64,000 nt of DNA from Squalus acanthias (Eukaryota): NCBI GenBank assembly GCA_030390025.1, contig JASTWF010000033.1, positions 3,846,001-3,910,000 on the forward strand. The letters are read 5' to 3'. The position numbers and the translations under genes were made by a program. Position 1 is the stretch's first letter; each line of letters begins with the position of its first letter. The notes beneath the pieces were generated by a model. That model did not search any database and was not told the origin of the DNA. It was given only the letters and a program-made list of their open reading frames with translations. This document shows positions 25,093-37,645 of this stretch, piece after piece.

Positions 25093-25794
25093 TCCCTTTT
25101 CTTAAATCCATGCTGGTTTTCTCTGATCAGCTCATATTTGCCAAGTGCTCAGTCACTCTGTTCAAACAACAGATTCTCGTCACTTCAACAACAGACGATC
25201 GAGTAATAGGCCAATTATTTCCTCGTTTTCCTCTTCTACTCTTCTTAAATAATGGACTGTCTCGACAATTTTCCAATTCAAGGATAGAATTCTGGAATCA
25301 AAGAGATTTGGAAGATTTTTCTAAATGATCGACAATTTCCTCTCCTATTTCGTTTAATAGCCGACGGTGGAAAGATTCAGGACCTATAGATTTGTCAATC
25401 TTCTTTCTCATTATTTCCTCCATTACAAATTAATAACTTATATTCAATCTATTGACACCCATTCCTTAATTTTTTTGCAAATTTTACTCGTATCTCTGTT
25501 ACTTTATCTTCACCCTTTACACCGAAGACCGTTGCACCGTATTTATTGAGGAAATCTGGGAACTTTGATGTGCTGCTCGATCCCCGAGAAAAGATTCCTC
25601 CCCCGCGCCCAATCCATCACCAACCTTTTGCCTCGTATAGCTTTCCATTGAATGTTTGTTGTAATGCCAGGTCAGTATGTGTAGATCAGAAAGGGGTAAA
25701 ATAGTGATGGGGTCCACCATCCTCCAGGGATTTACTGAACCAGCCTGATTTGGATAAAAATCCAACAAAAAACTCCAAAGATCTTGGTAAAAAT

Positions 25795-26590
25795 CAAGGG
25801 AAATGTGAGGCTATTCACTTTGGTAGGAAGGATAGAAAATTGAGAGAAACTTTCAATGTTGGTGTTCAGAGAGATTTGGGTGTCCTCGTGCAAGAAACAC
25901 AGAGAGCTAACGTACATGTACAGCTCAAATAAGGAAGGCAAATGGCATGTTGGCCTTTAGTGCAAGGGGGATGGTGGAAAAGTGTGAGGTATCTTGCTAC
26001 AATTGTACAGGGCCTTGATGATACCACATCTGGAGTACTGTGCACAGTTTTGGTCTGCTTATCTAAGGAAGCATGTGCTTGTCTTGGAGGCGGTGCAATG
26101 AAGGTTCAGTAGATTGATTCCTGGGATGAAATGGCTGTCCTATGGTGAGAGATCGTGTAGAAAGGGCCTATACGCTCTGGAATTTAGAAGCATGAGAGGT
26201 GATCGCAATGAAACATACAAGATGCTGAAGTGGATTGACAGGGTAGATGCTGAGAGGTTAATTCCCCTGGCTGTAGTGTCTATAATTAGGGGGCACAGTC
26301 TCAGGATGAGTGGTCGGCCATTTAAGACCGGGATGAGGAGGAATTTCTTCATTCAGAGGGTTGTGAATCTTTGGAATTTTCTGTCACAGAGAGCTGTGAA
26401 TGCTGAGTCTTTGAGTATATTCAAGGCTGAGAGCAATTGATTTGTACCCTAGGGGAATCAAGGGATATGGAGATCGGGCGGCAAACTGGAGTTGAGGTCT
26501 ATGATCAGCCATGACCTTACTGAATGGCAGAACAGGCTCGAGCGGCCATATGGCCTAGTCCTGCTCCTATTTTTTATGTTCTTATGTTCA
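25795..26590 (+). mobile_element. CR1 LINE 3' fragment
   Basis: KCEAIHFGRK, ORF 26114..26440, ends ttatgttcttatgtt. Confidence 0.9.
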
Positions 26591-26611
26591 GGGACACGAT
26601 TGCAGGGTGAT

Positions 26612-27585
26612 AAAAAACATAAGAACATAAGGAATAGGAGAAGGAGTACGCCGTTCAGCCCCTCGAGCCTGCTCTGCCATTGAATATGATCATGGCTGAT
26701 CTGATTTTGGCCACAACTTCACTTTCCCGCCCGCTCTCCATAACCCTTGACTCCCCTGTCGCTCAAATATCAGTCTTTCTCCTCCTTGAATATATTCAAT
26801 GACACAGCATGCACAGCTCTCTGGGGTTGTGAATTCCAAATTTCACGACCCTCTGAGAGAAGGAATTCCTCCTCATCTGCGTTTTAATTGAGCGACACCT
26901 TCTACTGAAGATATACCCCCTCGTTCAAGATTCCCCCACGAGAGGGGACATCCTCTCTGAATCTACCCTATCAATCCTCCTCAGAATCTTATATGGTTCA
27001 ATAAGAGGACCTATCATTCTTCTGAACGTCAATGAGTATAGGAACAACCTGCTCAACCTTTCTTCATAAGACAACCCCTTCAACTCAGGAATCAACCTCG
27101 TGAACCTTCTCTGAACTGCCTCCAATGCCAGTATATCCCGCCTTTAATAAGGAAACCAAAACTGAACGCCCTGTGCAGCTGTCGTAAGAGTTCCCTACTG
27201 ATATACTCCATCCCCCCTTGCAATAAAGGTCAACATTCCATTTGCCTTCCTAATTAATTGCTGCAACTGCATGCTTACTTTTTGTGTTTGATGTACGATG
27301 ACCCCCAGATCCCTCTGTGCCGCAGCATTTTGTAGTCTCTCACCATGTAAATAAAAATTTGCTTTTCATTCTTCCTATCAAAGTTTATAACCTCACATTG
27401 TCCCACATTATACTTCATCTGCCAAGCTGTTGCCCTTTCACTTAACCTATCTATCTCCCTTTCCAGACTGTCTGTGTCCTCCTCACAACTTGTTTTCGCA
27501 ACAATATTTGTATCATTAGCAAATTTGCAACAGTATACTTGGTCTCTTTTCAAAGCCACGAATATAGGTTGTAAATGGCTGAGGC
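26612..27585 (-). mobile_element. CR1 LINE 3' fragment
   Basis: ORFs 26925..27125 and 27275..27559; begins with aacataagaacataag terminal repeats. Confidence 0.9.
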
Positions 27586-27984
27586 CACCGGATAAAATAC
27601 TTTATTTTCCAAGAGATGGAGGAGAAAAAATGTGGAAAAGAAGACGTTTGCACTTAAAGCGGAATGGAATCTATTCTACTTTACAGTTGGAATGCCTTGT
27701 TTCTGTGTGACACGGACTGTGAAAAGTGAGAGTACTTTGCCTTAACAGACCTGACACCGGCCTCCCAGCTGAAGGCTTCTGGCAGCTGTTTTTGAAAGCA
27801 TCAAAGATCTAATGAATTAAATTGGCTAGAAACATTCTACGTACCTTTTCAGAACACCTTCACTCGATTGCCATTTTCTCTCAGAGTTCCCGGTCAGAGG
27901 TGAGCAACCACAAGGGTTACTGGAGCTTCCACATGCACCCATCCAAATGGGCCCCCGCCGAGGGAAACATCAAATTGGAGACAC

Positions 27985-28731
27985 GGTTTGGCCCCGCTCC
28001 CTCATTTCCCTGCCATTACAATATCTGTGCATGTTGTGGGCACAGATGCTCCACACCCATTTTTCCAGAGGACGTCAAGGGAATCCCATGGATGGAGGGA
28101 GAGCGTCACGAGGCTCCATCCCTTTTCCTCGCCTTTGCCCCGGGGAATTTAGCGTTCTCCAGACCCATAGAAGAGGAATATTGGGGTCTGCATCATGCCC
28201 ACCGATTCCTCCTCCTGTCCATGTATGATGTGCTAGCTGCCGAGTGCAGCTCCTGCGCAAGATAACTACAACTGATGAATTGTTACCAGGGGATAAAACC
28301 TGTCTCCAGGTGACATCACAAAGGAGCCAGGAACCAATCACACAGCAGGCAGCGCAGGCCGCGCCCACAGGCGGTGTGGTAGGATGACATGGCCAAGCTC
28401 TGCTCCTTGTGCAGTATCACTGGACTGGAGCGCAGGATGCAGGATCTGACCATTTGTGTTATGACCCTGTCTCCGAGCCCAGCTGCCGCCTAACGACGCC
28501 CCAGGCAGAGAGCACAGCCTCCAATATTAGGTTTTATGACTCTTGAATCGCAACATCCTAATGTGAGATCCCAGTTCTCAATGTCCCCGTCATCCCAATA
28601 TCTCCACATATCTTTCCTCTCCTTTGCAACTGGGAACTTAGCATTCCCCAGGCATATAGAAGAGGAATATAGGGACTTGTGTCACATCCAAAGTTTCCTC
28701 CTGCTGTCATTGTATGATGTAAAGCTGGACA
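27985..28731. repeat. Unclassified ~750-bp dispersed repeat, copy 2
   Basis: Colinear with 20860-21604; contains an internal ~100-bp duplication (about 28134-28230 and 28623-28720). Confidence 0.85.
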
Positions 28732-29278
28732 TTGTCCGTGCTCCCCTCGTTGTCAATTCGATAGTTGTGAATTTGCCGTGTTATCCTTTACTATACATTA
28801 AGCAGTCTTTCTGTATGATATCTCAGGTCAGTATTTACAATACTTTAAATAAACCAAGCATCAATACGAATAAAAACTGAGCGCAAAATTGAAAGTTTCA
28901 CAGGAAATAATCAAAAGAGAAAGAGATGAAATATAGAAAGAATAAACTAACTTAAAAATGGAAAATTCTGCAAAGACTGAACAGGTCCTGCAGCATTTGT
29001 GAAGAAGGGCAGCTCAGGTTAATGGTTCACGTGTATGACATTTCTACAGAACGCAAAGTTTAATTTTCCCTTCCTTTCCACTGAAGCATTTGCAGTTTAT
29101 TTCCCGTTTGTTTTTGTAAAACTCTATTCTGATTTGATAGTTGCGGATTATGTACTTGCACTTGTTTGTGAACATCCAGTGCGCAGTGCCGGCCCACTGC
29201 GGCTCCATTGATTGACAGCACTCTCTCCAATGAAGAGAGCAGCCCGAGGGCTCCTCTGACTCCAGGCTCCGGACAAAT

Positions 29279-29605
29279 GTTAATGGGGCCGGACCCTCGT
29301 TAGTGACGCCTTAATCCCGGTTAATGGGGCCTGGACCCCAGTTAATGGGGCCACAACACCAGTTAATGAGGCCACCACCCCTTTTAATGGGACCGTGACC
29401 GCGGTTATTGGGACTGCGACCCCGATAAATGGGACTGTGACCCCGGTTAATGGGACCACGACACCGGTTAATGGGGCCGCGACCCCGGTTAATGGGACCG
29501 TGACCCCGGTTAATGGAGCCGTGAACCCAGTTAATGGCAACGCGACCCCGGTTAATGGGACTGCGACCAAGGCTAATTGGACTCTGACCCTGGTTAATGG
29601 GGCCG
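29279..29605. repeat. 21-bp GC-rich minisatellite, unit about gttaatggggccgcgaccccg
   Basis: Direct periodicity; 7-aa period (TPVNGTA / PLTGVAV) in the overlapping ORFs. Confidence 0.93.
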
Positions 29606-30775
29606 CTCTTCTTATTTCGTATTGTAGTCCCAAATCAAATCAAATGTCAATATCTAAGTTGGATAGCCGGGCCAAAGCATCTGGTGTAACAGTGTGGATA
29701 TCTGGTAGGCTGCCTGCGAATATCCTCTGAGGGCAGCGCTCAATCATGTGCTCCAGGAGCTGATTAGGAGCTCCACAGCCGCATGACGGGGATGCTTTAA
29801 TCTTCCATCGATGGAGAAGGTGGCAGCATCTACCATTACCAGTTCTGAGACGGTTGATTATTGTCCACTGTTTGAGAGGAAAGTTTGATTCTTCAGTTAG
29901 CACTGTAGGGTCCACTATATGGAATCCATTCCGTATTTCACATTTCTTCCAAATATTTTGCCATCGGACATGAAGGCGAAGGTCCAAAATGGCCTTCTAG
30001 ATTTGAGACGAGTTCGAGGTAAGTTGTTGAAGTCGGCCTGGATCGGCATATCTTCGCTGGGATAGCGGTTGTGTTCCCTGGAGACTGCATATTCGCGGAC
30101 TAGGTTTGGTGGTGCGATGTTTGCAAGCACGGGCTGCCAAGGTGTTGCTTTCGATAAAAGTGTACCAGTTATAATTGTCACAGTAGAATTTAATGGTTTT
30201 GACATGCGCACTTGAAAGCCATTCCGGAGAGCAGTACTCCGCTGTAGAGTACATCAGGGCGAGTGCTGCCGTACGGAAGGTTTGAGCGTCTGCTCCCCAT
30301 GTGCATCCAGCGAGTTTCTGGATCTAATTGTCCGCACTCTTTAGTTTTTTCCAAAGGTTCTGGGGATGTTTTCGATATGTCAGGATGCGATCGAGCGTGA
30401 CTCCTAAATAGGACGGGTGTTTGGCATGGTTTACCTCTGCGCCGCAAGAGGAGACTTTCAAAACTTGGTTTGCTTGTTGGGTGTTGAGGTGAAAGGTCGA
30501 GGTGACGGTCTTTTGCGGGTTTGGCCGAAGTTGCCATCAGAGGAAGTTGGACTCCATCCTCTGTAGATCACTAGTTAGGGTCTATTCGGTGATGGACAGA
30601 TTCATGTTTTTCGTGGCCATGCCAATGTCATCACCGTATACGAACTTGTGGGACTCTGTTTCAGACAGGTCACTGGTGTAAACGTTGAATAATATGTGTG
30701 CCAGAACCGAACCCTGTGGGAGTCCGTTGTTCAATGTCCTACATCTGCTCTTCTGTGTTCCAGAGTACACACAGT
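29606..30775 (-). mobile_element. Vingi/Ingi-clade non-LTR retrotransposon, 5'-truncated, frameshifted
   Basis: NNGLPQGSVLAHILFNVYTSDL..YGDD (30582..30770), YSTAEYCSPEW (29997..30254), C-terminal NRLRTG.GRC..W..SPSC.CG..HM...CP zinc knuckle (29640..29987), 3' end tacgaaataagaaga. Confidence 0.78.
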
Positions 30776-30839
30776 ACGACTAAACAGAACCTTAAATCAA
30801 TCAGGAGGCCTTAACCTGAGGAAACCGGAAACAGCTGAT

Positions 30840-30951
30840 TCCTGTGACCAAACCACGATCGGCAATCCTGATCACGGAAACAAAGCAGAGTCAGGCCTGC
30901 TTAGTACTCGGATGGGAGACTTTCTGGGATTGCCAGATACTGTAGGCTTTT
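30840..30951 (+). pseudogene. Diverged 5S rRNA pseudogene
   Basis: ctgatcacggaaacaaagcagagtcaggcctgcttagtactcggatgggagactttctgggattgccagatactgtaggctttt aligns to the 3' two-thirds of vertebrate 5S plus the T-run terminator; 5' part degenerate with a ~10-nt deletion. Confidence 0.88.
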
Positions 30952-31709
30952 CTTGCCACTAGAAGCTGTTCTCAACCCTGCAAATTGAAACCTCATACTA
31001 TCCACAACCAATATGAGTGCACGAGTCTCTTTCATACTATACAAGCCTACCTGAGAGCAGCTGAGACACAAACTATCCGTAATTCCAGTGTGAGCTGCTC
31101 ACCAGTGATCCCTTACATTTCTTACAAAATTGTGCCTTTAATCACTACATTCCATGCATACTACCAATAAATCATGGTACATCAAAGGTACATATAAATG
31201 CCACAGAATAACAACATAAACTAAACAACCAGGCTCTCAGCTCTTCTAATTGTTATATTGCCGCAATCAATCCTGAACAGAGTTATCAAGTTGACACGTT
31301 CAGGTATGGCTGAAGGTCTCTTTCACATCCTATCTTTCCCCTAAAGTCATCATTTCTCCAAAATTATCTTAGCCAATTTACAGCCCAAACTCAGCAGAAA
31401 GCTGTTCCAACTTGGTCTCCGCAGAACCGGATTAAACGGAGTGGACTTGAAGATCGTGTTTTATTTGGAAATTTGGAAAGAGTTGGAATTTCTGGTCAGT
31501 ATTGGGTAAGTAGAAGCTGTAACAAATGACATTTAGTTGAAGCTTTGATTTTCAACTGGAACTTTATAAATTGTAGTTAAAAGAAGCTGCCTGCCAGTGG
31601 CAGTTCACTGTCAGTCAGCTGTAAGTGTTTGTCTTGAATAGGCACTAATCACCAGGAGCAGGGGAGCTGAGTCAACACTTGTAAATTGGGTGAGGCTCCT
31701 AGTTTAGAA

Positions 31710-32515
31710 AAAAGTAGGAGCAGAAGTAGACTATTCGGCATTTCGAGCCTGCTCCGCCATTCAATATGATCATGGCTGATCCTCTATCTCAATACCATAT
31801 TACGGCTCTCTTCCCATACCCCTTAATGCCTTTTGTATCTAGAAATCTATCTATCTCCTTCTTAAATATAGTCAGTGACTTGGCATCCACAGACTTCTGT
31901 GGTAGAGAATTCCACAGGTTCACCTCTCTCTGAGTGAGAAAATCTCCCCTCATCTCAGTCCTAAATGTCCTACGCCGAATCATGAGACTGTGACACCTCT
32001 TTCCAGACCCCCCCCCCCCCCCAGCCAGCGAAACATCCTCACTGCATCCAGTCTGTCTCCCACTGTCAGAATTTCATACGTTTCAATGAGATCCCCTCTC
32101 ATTCTTCTAAACTCTCGTGAATACAGGCGTAGTCGACCCAATCTCTCCTCATATGACAGTCCTGCCATCCCAGGAATCAGTCTGGTGAACCTTCGCTGCA
32201 CTCCATCTATGGCAAGTATATGCTTTCTTAGGTAAGGAGAACAAAACTGCACACAATACTCCAGGTGTGGTCTCACCAAGGCCCTGTACAACTGTAGTAA
32301 GGCATCCTTGCTCCTCTACTCAAATCCTCTTGCAATGAAGGCCAACATACCATTTGCCTTCCTAACTGCTTGCTGCACCTGCATGTTTGCTTTCAGTGAC
32401 TGGTGTACAAGAACACCCAGGTTACTTTGTACATCAACACTTCCCAATCTATTAACATTCAAATAATACTCAGCCTTTCTGTTTTTCCTACCGAAGTGGA
32501 CAACTTCACATTTAT
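31710..32515 (-). mobile_element. CR1 LINE 3' fragment
   Basis: ORFs 31980..32291 ([16 protein letters not shown]) and 31789..31983; poly-C expansion at about 32008-32022. Confidence 0.92.
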
Positions 32516-33610
32516 TGGTTAACAGACAGAAAATAAAGAGTAGGGATAAACGGGTCTTTTCAGGGTGGCAGGCTGTGACTCGTGGTGTACTGCAAGGATG
32601 GGTGCTTGGGCCCCAGGTAATCACAATCTTTATCCATGATTTGGATGAGGGGACTAAATGTAACATTTCCAAATTTGCTGAAGATACAAAGCTAGGTGGC
32701 AGTGGCAGTTGCAAAGAGGATCTGAAGTGGCTTCAAGGGGATCTCGACAGGCTCAGTGAGTGGGCGAGAACATGGCAGATGGAATTTAACGTGGATAAAT
32801 GTGAAGTAATCCACTTTGGTCGATAAAACAGAAAGACAGAGTATTTCCTAAATGGTGAAAGATTGGGGAATGCAGATGCTCAAAGGGCAATGGGTGTCCT
32901 TGTACAACAGTCACTGAAAGTGAATGTGCAGGTGCAGCAAGCCATTAGAAAGGCAAATGGTATGCTGACCTTCATTAAAAGAGGCTTTCAGTACAGGAGT
33001 AAAGAAATCTTACTCCAATATATAGGGCCGTGGTGAGACCACACCTGGAGTACCGTGTACAATTTAGGTCTCCTTATCTAAGGAAGGATATACTTGACAT
33101 AGAGGAAGTGCAACGAAATTTCACGAGATTGATTCCTGGGATGGCGGGACTGTCGTATGAGAAGAGATTGAGTAAACTAGGCCTGTATTCTCTTTAATTC
33201 TGAAGAATGAGAGGGGATCTCATTGAAGCATAAAAAATTATTACAGGGCTTTATAGGATGGATGCTGGGAGAATGTTTTACTTAGCTGGGGAGTTTAGAA
33301 TCAGCGGCCATAGCCTCAAGATTAACGGTAGGCCATTCAGGACTTCGATGAGAAGAAATTTCTTCACAGAGGGTGGTGAATCTTTGGAATTATCTAACCC
33401 AGAGAGCTGTGGAGGCTCAGTCATTTCGTATATTCAAAACAGTAGTCGATAGATTTCTGTCTAGTCAGGGCACCAATGCATATAGCGATAACGCTGGTGA
33501 ATGGAGTTGAGCCTGAAAATCAGTCATGGTCTCATTGAGTGGCGGAGCAGGCTCCAAGGGCCGAATGGCCTACTCCTGCTCCTATTTCCTATGTTCTTAT
33601 GTTCTTATGT
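32516..33610 (+). mobile_element. CR1 LINE 3' fragment
   Basis: ORF 32515..32826 (ISKFAEDTKLGG..DKCEVIHFG); tail ending ttcttatgttcttatgt. Confidence 0.92.
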
Positions 33611-34060
33611 ATCGAACCCGTGCTGTAACTGCTGTGGGACTGATTGATGGGGCAATGTAGAGGGAGCTTCGCTCTGTATCTAACCCTTGCTGTTCCTGCC
33701 CTGGGAGTGCTTGATGAGACAGTGTAGAGGGAGCTTTGCTCTGTATCTAAACAGTGCTGTACGTGCCCTGGGAGAGTTTGCTGGTACAATGTAGAGGAAG
33801 ATTTACACTTTATCTAAACATTGCGTTACATGCCCTGGGACAGTTAGATGGGACAGTGTGAAAGGAAATTTACTCTTTATATAACCCTTGCTGTTCCTGC
33901 CCTCGGAGTGTTTGAATGGTCAGCGGACAGGGAGATTTACTCTGTATCTAACCAGTGCAGTACTTGCGCTGGGAGTGATTGATGGGACAGCGCAGTGCGA
34001 ACTTTACTCTGTATCTAACCCGTGCTGTAACTTCCCATGAACTGTTTGATGGGCCAGTGT
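33611..34060. repeat. 67-bp satellite, left portion
   Basis: Unit gggagctttactctgtatctaacccgtgctgtacctgccctgggagtgtttgatgggacagtgtaga; starts at 33662 and 33729 give a 67-bp period. Confidence 0.93.
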
Positions 34061-34061
34061 T

Positions 34062-34895
34062 TTTATTATTCAATTCTTTATGGGATGGTGGATCGCTGGC
34101 TAGGCCAGCATGTATTGCCCATCTCTAATTGCACTCGAGAAGGTGGTTCGGAGCCGCCTTCTTGAACCGTTGCAGTGCGTGTGCTGAAGGTACTCCCACA
34201 GTGCTTTTAGGTATGGAGTTCCAGGATTTTGACCCAGCGACGATGAATGATCGGAGATATACTTCTAAGTCAGGCTGGTTTGTGACTTGGAGGGGAACTT
34301 CGATGTGGTGTTCTTCTCATGCGCCTGCTGCCCTTGTCCTTCAAGGTGGACGAGGTCGCGGGTTTGGGAGGTGCTGCCGAAGACGCCTTGACGAGATGCT
34401 GCAGTGTATCTTGTAGATGGTACACACTGCAGCCACGATACGCCGGTGGTGGAGGGAGTGAATGTTTAACGTGGTGGATGGGGTGCCAATCAAGTGGTCT
34501 ACTTTGTCCTGTATGGTGTCGAGCTTCTTGAGTGTTCCTGGAGCTGCACTCATCCAGGCAAGTGGAGAGTATTCCAACAAACTCCTTACTTGGTGCAAAG
34601 GCTTTGTGGAGTCAGGATGTGGGACACTCGCCGAAGAATATCTAGGTTTTGACCTGCTCTTGTTGCTATATTATTTAACTGGCTGAGCCAGATAAGTTTC
34701 TGGTCAATAGTGACCCCCAGGATGTTGATGGTAGGGTAATCAGCGATGGTAATGCCAATGAATTTCAAGTGGCGGTGGGTAGACTCTCATTGTTTAAGAT
34801 AAGCATTGCCTGGCACTTATGTGACGCAAATGTTAATTGCCAGTTATCAGCCCAAGCCTGAATTTCGTCCAGGTCTTGTTGTATGCGGGCATGGT
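34062..34895 (-). mobile_element. CR1/L2-group LINE (second family), 3' part
   Basis: ORFs 34341..34598 (QVRSLLEYSPLAWMSAA..LDTIQ..SLHHRR) and 34586..34768 (ILGVTIDQKL.W); continues at 37334-37645. Confidence 0.85.
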
Positions 34896-37333
34896 GTACT
34901 TGAGGATGAGTTCATCGAGTACATCCGTGATGGTTTCCTCGAACAGTATGCAATGGAAAAAAAAACCTGGGGGCAGACTATTTTGCATCTGGTACTATGT
35001 AAAGAGATAGAATTAATACATTATCTCATAGTAAAGGATCCTTTAGGAAAGAGTGATCATAGCGTGGTTGAATTTCAAGTTAATTTGGATGGTGAGAAAG
35101 TGTCCTCTCAAACCAGTGTCCTGAGCTTAAACAAAGGCAATGACAGTAGCACGAGGGCAGAACTGGCTAAAATGACTGGAAAAATAAATTCAAGGGGAAG
35201 ACAGTGGAAATGCAATGGCGGACATTTAAGGAGATATTTCATAATTCTCAACAAAAATATATTTCAGTGATACAGAAAGATTTTAAGAGATTGGATCACC
35301 ATCCGTGGCTGTCTAAGAAAGTAAAGCATTATATTGAATTTAAAACGAAGGCAAACATTGTTTCCAAGATTGGTGGAAGACCAGAGGATTGGGAATTTTT
35401 AAAAACCAGCAAAGGATGACTAAACAAATAAGAAAGAGAGAGGCGATGAATTATGAGAGTAAACTGCCAAGAAAAATTAAAAGCTATAGTAAGAGCTTCT
35501 ACAGGTATATATAAAGGAAGAGAGTAGCTAAATTAAACGTTGGTCACTTAGAGGATGAGAATGGGGAATTAATAATGGGGAACGGGAAAATTGCAGAGAC
35601 TCTGAACAAATATTTTCTATCTGTCTTCACGGTAGAAGGCACTAACAATATTCCAATAATGGATAATCAAGGGGCCACAGGGAGGGGGGAACTAACGACA
35701 ATCACTATCACTAAGGAAATAGTACTTGGTAAAATAATGGGACTAAAAGTTGAGCTGTCCCCTGGACCAGATGCGCTGCATCCCATGTTCTTAAATTAAG
35801 TGACTGCAGAGATAGTGGATGCATTGGTTGCAATATATCAAAATTCCCTGGACTCTGGAGAGTTCCCAGCGGATTGGAAAACCCCCAATGTAACACCCCA
35901 ATTTAATAAGGGAGGGAGACAGAAAGGATGAATCTATAGACCAATTAGCCTAACATCTGTCATTGGGAAAATGCTGGAGGCCTTCATTAAGGAAGCAGTA
36001 GCAGGGCATTTGGGAAATCATAATGCAGTCAAGCAGAGTCAGCATGGTTTTATGAAGGGGAAGTCATGTTTAACACACTTGCTGAAGTTGTTTGAGGAAG
36101 TAACGAGCAGGGTGGACAAAGGTGAAACAGTGGATGTGGTGCATTTAGATATCCAGAAGGCATTCGATTAGTTGCCACATAAATGGTTCCTACACAGGAT
36201 AAGAGCTTACGGAATTGGGGGTAATATATTAGCATGGATAGGTAATTGGCTAACTACACATGAAGCAGGGAGTCGGGATACATGAGTCATTTTCCGGTTA
36301 GCAAAGGGTAACTAGTGGGGTGCCACTGGGATCGGTGCTGGGCATCAACTATTTACAATCTATATTAAATACTTGAATGAAGGGGCCGAGTGTAATGTAG
36401 CCAAGTTTGCGGATGATACAAAGATGGGCTGGAAAGCAAGTTTTGCAGAGTACTCAAAGAACCTGCAAAGAGATATAAACAGGCTAAGTGAGTGGGCAAA
36501 CATTTGGCAGATGGAGTATAATGTGGGAAAGTGGAAGGTTATACACTTTGGCAGGAAAAATAAAGATGCAAATTATTATTTAAATGGCGAGGAATTACAA
36601 AATGCTACAGTTGAGAGGAACCTGGGGGTCCATAAGCAAGAATACCTAACAGTTAGCATGCAGGTAGAGCAAGTAATCAAAAAGGCAAATGGGATGCTGG
36701 CCTTTATTTCAAAGGGGTTGATTATAAAAGCAGGGAAGTCCTGCTACAAATATAGAGGGTTTTGGTGAGACCACACCTTGAGTACTGCGTACAGTTTTGG
36801 TCTCCTTATTTAAGGAAGGATATACTTGCATTGGAGGCAGTTCAGAGATAATTCACTAGGTTTATTCCAGACATAAGGGGATTGACCTGTGAGGCAAGGT
36901 TGAGCAGGCTGGGCCGATACTCATTGGAATTTAGAAGAATGAGAGGTGATCTTATTGAAACATATAAGATACTGAGGGGGCTCGACAAGATAGATGCAGA
37001 GAGGATGTTTCCCCTCGGGGGAAATCTAGAACGCGGGGGCACAGTTTTAGAATAAAGGGTCGGCCTTTTAGAACTAAGATGAGGAGGAAATTCTTCTCTC
37101 AGAGGGTCGTAAAACTGTGGAATTCTCTACTTCAGAGAGCTGTGGAGGCTGGGTCATTAAATACATTTAGCGTGGAGATAAGCAGCTTTTTGCATGATAA
37201 GGGAGTGAAGGGTTATGGGGAGCGGGCGGGGAAGTGGCTTTGAGCCCAAGATCAGCCATGATCTCATTGAATGGCGGAGCAGGCTCGAGGGGACAAGTGA
37301 CCTATTCCTGTTTCCAATGCTTATGTTCTTATG
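34896..37333 (+). mobile_element. CR1 LINE, 5'-truncated, nested in the second-family LINE
   Basis: ORF2 remnants 34806..35270 (PLGKSDH), 35971..36171 (SQHGFMKGKSCLT), 36373..36768 (KFADDTK); tail ttatgttcttatgt. Confidence 0.92.
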
Positions 37334-37645
37334 TTCATTATCTGAGGAATTGCGAAATGTACTGAAAAAAGTGCAGTCATCAGCGAACATCGCCATTTCT
37401 AACCTTCTGTTGGAGGGAAGGTCATTGATGAAGCAGCTGAATATGGTTGGGCCTAGGACACTGCCCTGAGGAACTTCTGCAGCGATGCCCTGGGGCTGTG
37501 ATGATTGACCTTCAGTCACAACAACCATCTTCCTTTGTGCTATGTATGACTCTAGCCAGTGGAGAGTTTTTCCCCCGATTCCCATTGACTCCAATTTTAC
37601 TATGGTACCTTCATGCCACACTCGATCAAATGCTGCCTTGCTGTG
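37334..37645 (-). mobile_element. CR1/L2-group LINE (second family), RT core continuing 34062-34895
   Basis: [34 protein letters not shown] in ORF 37157..37660. Confidence 0.88.

Noticed and set aside
27586..27900. Possible isolated coding exon in unique sequence
   Set aside because: No recognisable protein similarity and no convincing paired splice sites.
29280..29730. Mucin- or antifreeze-like ORFs (TPVNGTA, PLTGVAV)
   Set aside because: Translation of a 21-bp minisatellite running into the Vingi tail; no signal peptide or exon context.
31710..33610. Twin-priming inversion of one CR1
   Set aside because: Both halves contain the same ORF2 region and each has its own 3' tail, which twin priming does not produce.
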